This document shows, piece by piece, positions 27,941 to 36,180 of a DNA stretch of 64,000 nucleotides; the stretch's first letter is position 1; each line of letters opens with the position of its first letter. Source of the DNA: an uncultured Neomegalonema sp. (GTDB lineage Bacteria; Pseudomonadota; Alphaproteobacteria; Rhodobacterales; Rhodobacteraceae); the NCBI GenBank assembly GCA_964588915.1, contig CAZPTD010000001.1, forward strand, positions 2,591 to 66,590, written 5' to 3'. A program made the translations under genes and the position numbers. The notes under the pieces were generated by a model, which saw only the letters and a list, made by a program, of their open reading frames with translations, did not search any database and was not told the DNA's origin.

Positions 27941-28000
27941 GACGCGGGCCTTCTTGACGCAGGCCTTATCAACGCAGGCCTTATTGACGCAGGTGTTATT
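27941..28000. repeat. Tandem 15-bp repeat, 4 copies (GACGCGGGCCTTCTT / GACGCAGGCCTTATC / AACGCAGGCCTTATT / GACGCAGGTGTTATT)
   Basis: Read directly from the sequence. It lies in the 241-nt gap between the lacI-family stop (28059) and the ABC permease start (27817), and it runs straight into the LacI-type palindrome. Confidence 0.9.
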
Positions 28001-28017
28001 GATAAACGTATATCAAT
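27998..28017. promoter_or_regulatory. LacI/GalR-type palindromic operator ATTGATAAACGTATATCAAT
   Basis: Perfect 7-bp arms ATTGATA/TATCAAT around a CG-containing centre. It lies upstream (in the direction of transcription) of the minus-strand ABC operon and immediately downstream of the lacI-family gene. Confidence 0.55.
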
Positions 28018-28058
28018 CGGCGCCGGCGAGCGCAAGCGCGGGCGCGCGAACGCGCTTC

Positions 28059-29054
28059 TCAGGTGGTGCCGCGCTCGATGATCTCGAAGCCGAGATCGAG
28101 CGACAGCGAATATGTCGGATCTTCGAAACGTCGACATAGGGCGTCGGCCGCGCGCCTTCCGATCTCGTAGCGCGGGATCCGCACCGTGCTCAGCGGCGGC
28201 CTCAGCTGCGATGCGATCTCGGTGTCGTGCACGCCGATGATCGCGACGTCGTCCGGAAACGCGAGCCCGCGCGCCGAGCCGGCGATATGCATGCCGGTCG
28301 CCAGGGCGTCGCCGTTGCAGAAGATCGCGTCGGGCCGCGCCTCCAGCGCCATCAGTCGCTCGAAGGCCTCGACGCCGCCGGCGACGTTCGGCTGCGCGTC
28401 GACGACGAGCGACTCGTTCGGGTCGAGGCCGGCCTCGGCGACCACCGAGCGGTAGCCGGCGAGGCGCTCGAGCGCGCGCGGGCGCGAGAGCGGCGAGACG
28501 AAAGCGACGCGCCGGCGGCCTTTCTCGGCCAGCCGACGCGTGATCGCCTCGGCCATGGCGCGGTTGGAGAAGCCGACCATCATATCGAGCGCGCCCGGTC
28601 CGTAGTCCCATGTCTCGACCACGGGCACGCCGCTCTGACCGAGAATCCGCCGCGTCTTCTCGCTGTGGCCGCGGCCGACGAGGACGAGCCCGTCGATCTG
28701 GCGACCGATGCAGGCGATGACGAGCTCGGTCTCGCGCGCCTCGGAATAGCCGGAGAGCCCGATCATCAGCTCGCGCCCGCCCACCGCCAGGCCGTCCGAT
28801 ATGCCCTGGACGGTGTCGGCGAAGATCGAGTCTTCCAATGTCGGCACGATCACCGCGGCGACGCCGGATTTCGAGGACACCAAGCTCCGCGCCACCGAAT
28901 TCGCGACATAGCCGAGCTCGTCGGCCGCGTGATCGACCTTCGCGCGCGTCTTCTGCGAGACGGTCTTCGGATCGTTGAGCGCGCGCCACGCGGTGATGAA
29001 CGCGACGCCGGCGCGCTCGGCGACGTCCTGGAGCCGCACGGCGCGTCTCGACAT
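28059..29054 (-). CDS. LacI-family transcriptional regulator
   Basis: 331 aa. N-terminal HTH VRLQDVAERAGVAFITAWRALN plus a periplasmic-binding-protein-like effector domain. Confidence 0.9.
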   Translation of the reverse strand: MSRRAVRLQDVAERAGVAFITAWRALNDPKTVSQKTRAKVDHAADELGYVANSVARSLVSSKSGVAAVIVPTLEDSIFADTVQGISDGLAVGGRELMIGLSGYSEARETELVIACIGRQIDGLVLVGRGHSEKTRRILGQSGVPVVETWDYGPGALDMMVGFSNRAMAEAITRRLAEKGRRRVAFVSPLSRPRALERLAGYRSVVAEAGLDPNESLVVDAQPNVAGGVEAFERLMALEARPDAIFCNGDALATGMHIAGSARGLAFPDDVAIIGVHDTEIASQLRPPLSTVRIPRYEIGRRAADALCRRFEDPTYSLSLDLGFEIIERGTT

Positions 29055-29258
29055 GGCTTCACCTATTGTTCGTTCCGGGCTCGGCCGCGGCCGTCCGCAG
29101 CAAGCCGAGCCTCGGGTTGGAGCGCAGAACAGTCGTTAATTGCGTGCGGGCGCGTCAAGCCGGATAAGACGGCGATTGCGCATGGACGCCGAGCCTCGGC
29201 GCGCGCATCTTCGCCGCCCGCGCGTCCGAAGCGCGACCCGACGCGAAAGAGGTCCGAG

Positions 29259-30353
29259 ATGGCTGACCGAGAGATCCAGGCCGAAGTCCTGCTGCCGACG
29301 AAGGAGCTGCGCGACGATCTGCCGTTCTTCACCGAGACGCTCGGCATGCGGCTCGAGACGATCTATCCCGCCGACAATCCGTCGAACGCGACCTTCTCGG
29401 GCCATGGGCTCCGCGTGCGCCTCGACAAGGCCGCGACGACGCCGCCAGGCGTCCTGCGCATCCTCACCGACGACGTCGCGGGCTTCGCCGGCGGCGCCAC
29501 GGAGCTGACCGCGCCCAATGGCGCGCGGATCGAGATCGCGCCGCTGACGCCGACGCTCGAGCAGCCGACGACCGCGCACGAGTTCTCGGTGCGGCGACTG
29601 CGCGACGAGGCGCCCTGGATCATCGGCCGCGCCGGCATGCACTATCGCGACCTCATTCCGTCGCGCCTCGGCGGCTCGATCATCGCGAGCCATATCCGCA
29701 TCCCGGACGGCGGACCGGTGCCGGACATGGTCCACTACCACACGGTCGGCTTCCAGCTGATCTACTGCTACAAGGGCTGGGTCGACGTTCTCTATGAAGA
29801 TCAAGGCGACATGCTGCGGCTCGAGGCCGGCGACTGCGTGATCCAGCCGCCGAAGATCCGCCACCGCGTTCACCATGCGTCGCCGAATATCGAGGTCATC
29901 GAGATCGGCGTTCCGGCCGAGCATGTCACCACGATCGACCACGAGACGACCTTGCCGAACGGCAAGGGCGACCCGAGCCGCGAATGGGACGGCCAGCGCT
30001 TCGTCCATCACGTCGAGTCGACGGCGGTCTGGACGCCGTTCCGCATCCCGGGCTTCGCCTGCCGCGACACCGGGATCTCGGAAGGGACGAAGGGCGTCGC
30101 CGGCGTCCAGGTCGCGCGCTACGAGGCGGGCGATCCGCCGAGGACGCGCCATGACGCCGACATCCATTTCACCTTCGTGACGGAGGGGTCGGTCACGCTC
30201 GACGCCGAGGGGCGGGCGCCGCGCGACCTCCAGGCGGGCGACGCCTTCGTCATTCCGCCCGGCCTCGCGACGCGGCTCAGCGGCTGCTCAGCCGATCTCG
30301 AGCTTCTGGAGGTCGCGCTGCCGGGCGATGTCGGCACGAGCGTGGTCGACTGA
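29259..30353 (+). CDS. Cupin-domain protein (two cupin barrels preceded by a VOC/glyoxalase-like N-terminal segment); possible dioxygenase or isomerase
   Basis: Last 364 codons of ORF 28227..30353, with the ATG at 29259. Cupin-like segments: HYHTVGFQLIYCYKGWVDVLYEDQGDMLRLEAGDCVIQPPKIRHRV and HFTFVTEGSVTLDAEGRAPRDLQAGDAFVIPPG. Confidence 0.72.
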   Translation: MADREIQAEVLLPTKELRDDLPFFTETLGMRLETIYPADNPSNATFSGHGLRVRLDKAATTPPGVLRILTDDVAGFAGGATELTAPNGARIEIAPLTPTLEQPTTAHEFSVRRLRDEAPWIIGRAGMHYRDLIPSRLGGSIIASHIRIPDGGPVPDMVHYHTVGFQLIYCYKGWVDVLYEDQGDMLRLEAGDCVIQPPKIRHRVHHASPNIEVIEIGVPAEHVTTIDHETTLPNGKGDPSREWDGQRFVHHVESTAVWTPFRIPGFACRDTGISEGTKGVAGVQVARYEAGDPPRTRHDADIHFTFVTEGSVTLDAEGRAPRDLQAGDAFVIPPGLATRLSGCSADLELLEVALPGDVGTSVVD

Positions 30354-30415
30354 GCCGGGTCGCGGCGCCGGGGCTATCGCATATGGGATCCGTCCGCGCC
30401 GCGGCCCGGCGGCGA

Positions 30416-31222
30416 TCAGCCGGCCGCGCCGCGCGGGACGAGCGCCAGCGCGCGGATCGGGCTGCCGGTCCCGCGGACGAATTTGAGCGGCGCCGCGATC
30501 AGGATCGCGCCCTTCGGCGGCAACCGGTCGAGACGGGCGAGGCTGGCGAGGCCGTATTTCCCGGCGCCGAGCAGGATCTGCTTGGCCGGCCAGGACGGAT
30601 CGAAGCCCGCCGCCTCGCCATGGTCGATCGAGGCGCATTGCCCGCCCCAGCCGACGACGTCCCGCGTCAGGAGATGGCGCACGGCGCCGGCCGACGGTCC
30701 CGGAAAGCGGCCGCCATTCAGGAACGCCGCCTTGTCGCCCGCGCGCTTGTCCCAATCGGTTCGCATCACGACCCAGGAGCCGGGCTCGATCGGCCCGTGC
30801 CGCGACTCCCAATCGCGCAGATGCGCCTCGGTGAGCAAGAACCCGGGATCCTCCTCGGCCTCTCGCGCGCAATCGACGACGCAGACCGGCGCCGCGAGCT
30901 TCTCGACGCCGAGCGTGTCGGTGAAGCCGTCCGCCAAGGCGCGGCCGCTGATCCAGGCCTGCGGCGCCTCGATATGCGTGCCGGAATGCTCGGCGAGCGC
31001 GAGCCAGTTCCAGGCGAAGAACGGGCCGTCGGCGTCGTATTCGCTGATTTTGTGGATCGCGACGTCGGACGGCTGGCGCGAGCCTTCCGGCGGAAAGCTC
31101 TGGAGCGGCGTCGACGGGCCGAGGACGCTCGTGCAGTCGACCACTTCCACCGCGCCGTCGAGGAGCAGCGTCGCCAGCCGGTCGAGCGTCGTCTGCGCGG
31201 GTCGGGCGTGCTCGGCTTCCAT
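30416..31222 (-). CDS. Cyclase-family protein (kynurenine-formamidase-like) with a variant metal motif
   Basis: ORF 30416..31273. The probable start is the internal ATG at 31222 (MEAEH...). The motif HSGTHIEAPQAW replaces the canonical H-x-G-T-H-x-D-x-P-x-H. The C-terminus is nearly identical to the end of the fusion protein at 36167-38179. Confidence 0.85.
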   Translation of the reverse strand: MEAEHARPAQTTLDRLATLLLDGAVEVVDCTSVLGPSTPLQSFPPEGSRQPSDVAIHKISEYDADGPFFAWNWLALAEHSGTHIEAPQAWISGRALADGFTDTLGVEKLAAPVCVVDCAREAEEDPGFLLTEAHLRDWESRHGPIEPGSWVVMRTDWDKRAGDKAAFLNGGRFPGPSAGAVRHLLTRDVVGWGGQCASIDHGEAAGFDPSWPAKQILLGAGKYGLASLARLDRLPPKGAILIAAPLKFVRGTGSPIRALALVPRGAAG

Positions 31223-31490
31223 GGCGTCTCGGCGTCCTTCGATCGGGCGGCGCGGCGCGCCGGTCTCGCGCATGTCGCGCGGACCGCGCGCGGCTTGTCA
31301 ATGCGCCTCGACGGAACCGCGTCCGCCGCGAGCGGATCGTTCATCCTAAGGCGTTTCGACGCGCGGCCGGCGCGGCGAGCGCCGATTAGCCCTTGCCAGC
31401 GGTCGAAGACCTGGCGACCTTCGCACCGGAGCGGCTTCATCATCGCGGCGCCGTCGATTGGACGGGGCGACATCAGCAGGAGAAGAGTGC

Positions 31491-32696
31491 ATGCGCAGGA
31501 CACTGTCGAAGGCGCTGGCGGTCGGGGCGTTGCTCGGCTTCGCTCAGGCGGCTGAGGCTCAGGATGTCAAAATCGGAATCCTGATGGACATCACCGGCCC
31601 GATCGCGAGCTTCATTCCGCCGCTCCAGAACGCGTCGGATCTCGCGATCACGCATGTCAACGAGCAGGGCGGGCTGCTCGGCGGCGACGTGATCGCGGTC
31701 TACGGCGACACCACCGGATCGTCCCAGGGCGCGGTCGACGCGGCCGGCAAGCTCGTCAATGTCGAGAACGTGCCGATCATCGTCGGCGCGCTGATGTCCG
31801 GCACCACCATCTCCGCCGCCGAAGCCGTCGCGATTCCGGGCGGCGTCGTGCAGATCTCGCCGACCGCCACCGCGCCGTCGATCACCGATCTCGCCGATGG
31901 CGACCTCGTCTTCCGGATCGTGCCGTCGGACAACTATCAGGGCGAGGTGCTGGCGCGGATGGTGCTGGCCGAGGGCATCGACAGCGTCGCCGTGACCTAT
32001 GTGAACAACGACTACGGCGTCGGCATCGGCGAGACCTTCGTCGCCGCCTACACCGCCGCCGGCGGCGAGGTGACGTCGTCGGTGCGGCACGAGGAGAGCA
32101 AGGACAGCTACCGGGCCGAGCTCGCGACGCTCTACCAGTCGGGCGGCGAGGCGCTGGTCGTCATCGCCTATGCCGGCGATTCGGGCGCCAAGATCGTGCG
32201 CCAGTCGCTCGAAGCCGGCCTCTACGACCGGTTCATCGGCACGGACGGCCTTCGCGACGAGGCGCTGATCGCCGATGTCGGCGCCGAGCCGCTCGCGACC
32301 TCGTTCTTCTCCTCGCCGACCTCGCCGGCCGACAATCCGGCCCAGGCGTCGCTTCACGCGATGTTCGACGAGGCGTATGGCGAGGGCTCGGACAAGCCCT
32401 TCGTCGATCAGACCTATGACGCGACGTTCCTTGCGCTCCTCGCGATCGCGAAGGCCGGCTCGACCGACCGCGACGCGATGGCGGCGGCGCTGCGCGACGT
32501 CGCCTCGGCGCCGGGCGAGCAGATCGGCCCGGGCGAATGGGCGCGGGCGATGGAGCTGATCGCCGCGGGCGAGGACATCGACTACGAGGGCGCCGGCGGC
32601 TCCTACGAGTTCGACGCGAACGGCGACGTCGCCGGCGTGATCGGCAAGTTCGTCGTCGAGGGCGACGGCTACCGGCTGGTCGAGATCGTCGAATAG
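31491..32696 (+). CDS. ABC substrate-binding protein (LivK/branched-chain-amino-acid type)
   Basis: ORF 31458..32696 trimmed to the ATG at 31491 after AGGAGAAG. Sec signal MRRTLSKALAVGALLGFAQAAEA. KIGILMDITGPIASF... is a typical type-1 binding-protein start. Confidence 0.9.
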   Translation: MRRTLSKALAVGALLGFAQAAEAQDVKIGILMDITGPIASFIPPLQNASDLAITHVNEQGGLLGGDVIAVYGDTTGSSQGAVDAAGKLVNVENVPIIVGALMSGTTISAAEAVAIPGGVVQISPTATAPSITDLADGDLVFRIVPSDNYQGEVLARMVLAEGIDSVAVTYVNNDYGVGIGETFVAAYTAAGGEVTSSVRHEESKDSYRAELATLYQSGGEALVVIAYAGDSGAKIVRQSLEAGLYDRFIGTDGLRDEALIADVGAEPLATSFFSSPTSPADNPAQASLHAMFDEAYGEGSDKPFVDQTYDATFLALLAIAKAGSTDRDAMAAALRDVASAPGEQIGPGEWARAMELIAAGEDIDYEGAGGSYEFDANGDVAGVIGKFVVEGDGYRLVEIVE

Positions 32697-32713
32697 GCGG
32701 CGGCGCCGCGCCA

Positions 32714-32747
32714 GGCGCGGGCCTCGCCGCAAGCGCAGGCCCGCGCC
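32714..32747 (+). terminator. Intercistronic GC stem-loop (perfect 10-bp stem GGCGCGGGCC/GGCCCGCGCC, 14-nt loop) between the binding-protein and ATPase genes
   Basis: Read directly from the sequence. There is no U-tract, so it is more likely a partial terminator or mRNA-stabilising hairpin, as is often seen after ABC binding-protein genes. Confidence 0.45.
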
Positions 32748-32793
32748 GCACGCCTTCGCATCGCCGTCCAAAGCAGGATCGCCGGAGCGCTCG

Positions 32794-33582
32794 ATGATCA
32801 GAGTCGAAGAGGTCGACGTCAGATTCGGCGCCTTCAAAGCGGTCGACGGCGTGAGCTTCGAGGTTCCGGCCGGCCAAATCACCGGGCTGATCGGGCCGAA
32901 CGGCGCCGGCAAGACGACGATCTTCAACGCGATCGCCGGCCATCTGCCGGTCGCCGCCGGCCGCATCTATCTGCGCGACCGCGACATCACGCATCTGCCG
33001 CCGCATCGGCGCGCCGGCCTCGGCCTCGCGCGCACCTTTCAGATCCCGCACGAGTTCGCCCGGCTGACGGTGATCGAGAACCTGATGGCCGCGGCGGCGG
33101 CGCCGCTCGGCGAGAACATCTTCAACGTCGTCTTCCGCCGATCGGCCTACGGCGCCGAGGAGCGGCGGGTCTTCGAGGCGGCCTGCGAGGTGAGCGCGTT
33201 CCTCGAGATCGCCCATCTCGACGAGGAGAAGGCCGGCAACCTCTCGGGCGGCCAAAAGAAGCTGCTGGAGCTCGGCCGCGCGCTCATGCAGAAGCCGAGG
33301 ATCGTGCTCCTCGACGAGATCGGCGCCGGCATCAACCGCACGCTCCTGGCCAAGATCGCCGAGAAGATCCGGCGGCTCAACGAGCGCGAGGGGCTGACCT
33401 TCTGCCTGATCGAGCACGATCTGGCCTATGTGAAGCGGCTCTGCCACGAGGCGATCGTGATGGTTCAGGGCCAGGTCCTCACCCGCGGCTCGGTGGCGGA
33501 GGTCCAGAACGACGAGCGCGTGATCGAGGCCTATTTCGGCGGCGGAAAATACGAAGCCGCGAGAGACGAGGCCGCCACGTGA
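32794..33582 (+). CDS. ABC transporter ATP-binding protein (LivG-like)
   Basis: GPNGAGKTT, LSGGQKKLLELGRAL, VLLDEIGAGI. Confidence 0.92.
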   Translation: MIRVEEVDVRFGAFKAVDGVSFEVPAGQITGLIGPNGAGKTTIFNAIAGHLPVAAGRIYLRDRDITHLPPHRRAGLGLARTFQIPHEFARLTVIENLMAAAAAPLGENIFNVVFRRSAYGAEERRVFEAACEVSAFLEIAHLDEEKAGNLSGGQKKLLELGRALMQKPRIVLLDEIGAGINRTLLAKIAEKIRRLNEREGLTFCLIEHDLAYVKRLCHEAIVMVQGQVLTRGSVAEVQNDERVIEAYFGGGKYEAARDEAAT

Positions 33583-34295
33583 CCGCTCTCTTGACGGTCG
33601 AAGGCCTCACCGCCGGCTATGGCGGCGTCCCTGTGATCGAAGACGTCGACCTTTCCGTCGCCGAGCGCGAGATCGCCGTCATCATCGGTCCGAACGGCGC
33701 CGGCAAGTCGACGCTACTCAAAAGCGTCTTCGCCCTCACCAGCAAGAGCGCCGGCGTCGTGCGCTTCGGCGAGCGCGACATCACCGGCTCGAGGACGGCC
33801 GAGCTCGTGCCCATCGGCCTCTCCTGCGTCCCGCAGAGCCGCAACGTCTTCCCGACCCTTTCGGTGGCCGAGAATCTCGACGTCGGAACCTACGCCGCGC
33901 CGCCGCCCGACAAGGACGCCGCCCGCGAGCGCGTGCTCGAGATCTTCCCGGATCTCCGCGCCAAGCTCCGCCAGGCCGCGGGCGAGCTCTCGGGCGGCCA
34001 GCGCCAAATGGTGGCGATCGGCCGCGCGCTGATGAGCGACCCGAAGCTGCTCCTCCTCGACGAGCCGACCGCCGGCCTCTCGCCGGCCTATCTCGAGAAA
34101 ATCTTCGATCTGCTGCTCGACATCCGCGAGAGCGGCGTGACCATCCTCATGGTCGAGCAGAACGCGCGGCAATCGCTGCGCATCGCCGATCGGGGCCACG
34201 TGCTCGCCGGCGGGCGCAACTTCGTCTCCGATCGCGGCGCGGCGCTGCTCGCCAATGACGAGGTGCGCCGGTCCTTCCTCGGCGGCGTCGCATGA
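33579..34295 (+). CDS. ABC transporter ATP-binding protein (LivF-like)
   Basis: GPNGAGKST, LSGGQRQMVAIGRAL, LLLDEPTAGL. 4-nt overlap with the upstream gene. Confidence 0.92.
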   Translation: MTALLTVEGLTAGYGGVPVIEDVDLSVAEREIAVIIGPNGAGKSTLLKSVFALTSKSAGVVRFGERDITGSRTAELVPIGLSCVPQSRNVFPTLSVAENLDVGTYAAPPPDKDAARERVLEIFPDLRAKLRQAAGELSGGQRQMVAIGRALMSDPKLLLLDEPTAGLSPAYLEKIFDLLLDIRESGVTILMVEQNARQSLRIADRGHVLAGGRNFVSDRGAALLANDEVRRSFLGGVA

Positions 34296-35191
34296 ACGAC
34301 GCGGTCTTCTTCATCAATTTCTATCTCGTGCCCGGCCTGACGATCGGCTGCATCTACGCGCTCGGCGCGGTCGGGATCTCGATGATCTTCGGCATCCTGC
34401 GCTTCGCTCATTTCGCCCATGGCGACCTGATGACGATCGGCGGCTACGGCGTGCTGACCGCCATTTGGCTGCTGCCGCTCGATCCGCTGCTGCTGCTGCC
34501 CTTCGGGATCGCGCTCGCCGTCGTCTCGGCGCTCCTGGTCGACCGGCTCTTCTACAAGCCGCTGCGTCAGCTGCCGACGATCTACACCGTGATCTCGTCC
34601 TTCGGCGTCGCGCTGATCTTTCGCGCGCTGGCGCAGCTGGTCTGGAACTCGGAGAACCAGGTCTTCGTCTCCGGCATCCGCCCGCCGCTCGTGCTCTTCG
34701 ACACCTTCCGCATCTCGGCGCTGCACGCCAAGGTCATCGTGATCACCGTCGCGATCGCGATCGCGCTTCATTTCTTCCTCAGCCGCTCGCAGCTCGGCCG
34801 ATCGATGCGCGCGGTTTCCGACGAGCCCGAGCTCGCCGCGGTCGCCGGCCTCGATACGGACAAGATCATCCGCTGGGCCTGGATCATCGGCGCCGCGCTC
34901 GCCGCGGTCGCCGGCGTCTTCGCCGGGCTCAACACCAGCATGCATCCGAATCTGGGCTGGAACCTGCTATTGCCGATGTTCGCCGCCGCGATCCTCGGCG
35001 GAATCGGCAAGCCCATCGGCGCGATCGCCGGCGGGCTGATCATCGGCATCGCCGAGGAGTCGGCCACCTATCCCTGGATCAGTTCCGAGCCGCTGATCTC
35101 GCCCTCCTACAAGTCCGCCGTCGCCTTCTTCATCATGGTCGCGCTCCTGATCTTCTTGCCGCGCGGCCTCTTCAAGGGAAGGCTGCTCTGA
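34292..35191 (+). CDS. Branched-chain-type ABC permease (LivH-like)
   Basis: 299 aa, hydrophobic. IYALGAVGISMIFGILRFAHFAHGD. 4-nt overlap with the upstream gene. Confidence 0.9.
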   Translation: MNDAVFFINFYLVPGLTIGCIYALGAVGISMIFGILRFAHFAHGDLMTIGGYGVLTAIWLLPLDPLLLLPFGIALAVVSALLVDRLFYKPLRQLPTIYTVISSFGVALIFRALAQLVWNSENQVFVSGIRPPLVLFDTFRISALHAKVIVITVAIAIALHFFLSRSQLGRSMRAVSDEPELAAVAGLDTDKIIRWAWIIGAALAAVAGVFAGLNTSMHPNLGWNLLLPMFAAAILGGIGKPIGAIAGGLIIGIAEESATYPWISSEPLISPSYKSAVAFFIMVALLIFLPRGLFKGRLL

Positions 35192-36180
35192 TGGAGCTGA
35201 CGGGCCTATTCTACTATCTGGTCGGCGTGCTCATCGCCGGCGGCGTCTACGCCGTGCTCTGCCTCGCGCTCAACGTGCAATGGGGCATGGGCGGGCTCTT
35301 CAACGCCGGCATCGCCGGGTTCTTCGCCGTCGGCGCCTACGCCTCGGCGATCGTGACGACGGCGGCGAGCGAGGATCATCTCGGCGGCTTCGCCCTGCCC
35401 TTTCCCTTAGGCCTCGCGGCGGCGGCGCTCGTCTCCGGCGTCCTCGGCTGGGCGCTGGCGATGATCTGCGTGCGGCTCAAGAGCGACTATCTCGCCATGG
35501 CCTCGATCGGGATCGCCGAGATCCTGCGGCTCGTGATCAGCAACGAGGATTGGCTGACCAATGGCAGCCTCGGCGTCTCCAACATCCCGCGGCCCTTGGG
35601 CGGCGTCGTCTCGGGCCGAGAGTCCGACCTCGTCTATCTCGGCGTCGTCTGGGCCGTCGTGCTCGTCGTCTATCTCCTCTGCCAGCGGCTCTACGTAAGC
35701 CCTTGGGGCCGCGTTCTCCGAGCGATCCGCGACAACGAGCATTCCGCCCGCGCCGCCGGCAAGGACGTCGAGCATATCCGCCGCCAGACCTTCGCCATCG
35801 GCGCGGCGATCATGGGCGTCGGCGGCGCGCTCTCGGCGCACTATTTCAAGTTCCTCTCGCCGACCGCGACCGAGCCCTTGCTCGTCACCTTCCTCGTCTG
35901 GGTGATGCTGATGGCCGGCGGCTCCGGCAACAACCGCGGCGCGATCCTGGGCGGCGTCGCGATCTGGTTCATCTGGTCCGCGACCGAGATCTTCGCCAAC
36001 CGCCTGCCGCCGGAATGGATCACGCGCTCGTCCTACATCCGCATGCTCTTGGTCGGGCTGCTCCTGCAATTCGTGCTGCAGCGCTACCGCGCCGGCCTCC
36101 TGCCCGAGCGCTCGCCCGAGCCGCCCTTCAAGCGCCCGGAGCGCCGCGCGCAACCGGAGACGTCCAATGACGATCCATAG
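35191..36180 (+). CDS. Branched-chain-type ABC permease (LivM-like)
   Basis: Last 329 codons of ORF 34255..36180. The ATG at 35191 overlaps the LivH-like stop. Motifs: WGMGGLFNAGIAGFFAVGAY and IRDNEHSARAAGKDV. Confidence 0.9.
   Translation: MELTGLFYYLVGVLIAGGVYAVLCLALNVQWGMGGLFNAGIAGFFAVGAYASAIVTTAASEDHLGGFALPFPLGLAAAALVSGVLGWALAMICVRLKSDYLAMASIGIAEILRLVISNEDWLTNGSLGVSNIPRPLGGVVSGRESDLVYLGVVWAVVLVVYLLCQRLYVSPWGRVLRAIRDNEHSARAAGKDVEHIRRQTFAIGAAIMGVGGALSAHYFKFLSPTATEPLLVTFLVWVMLMAGGSGNNRGAILGGVAIWFIWSATEIFANRLPPEWITRSSYIRMLLVGLLLQFVLQRYRAGLLPERSPEPPFKRPERRAQPETSNDDP

Noticed and set aside
27941-28017. Possible CRISPR array or coding repeat: the 15-bp tandem repeats translate as a DAGLI pentapeptide repeat within ORF 26990..28081.
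   Set aside because: The units are contiguous with no spacers and are far shorter than CRISPR repeats. The enclosing ORF is a mirror-frame artefact. The array is kept only as a non-coding tandem repeat.
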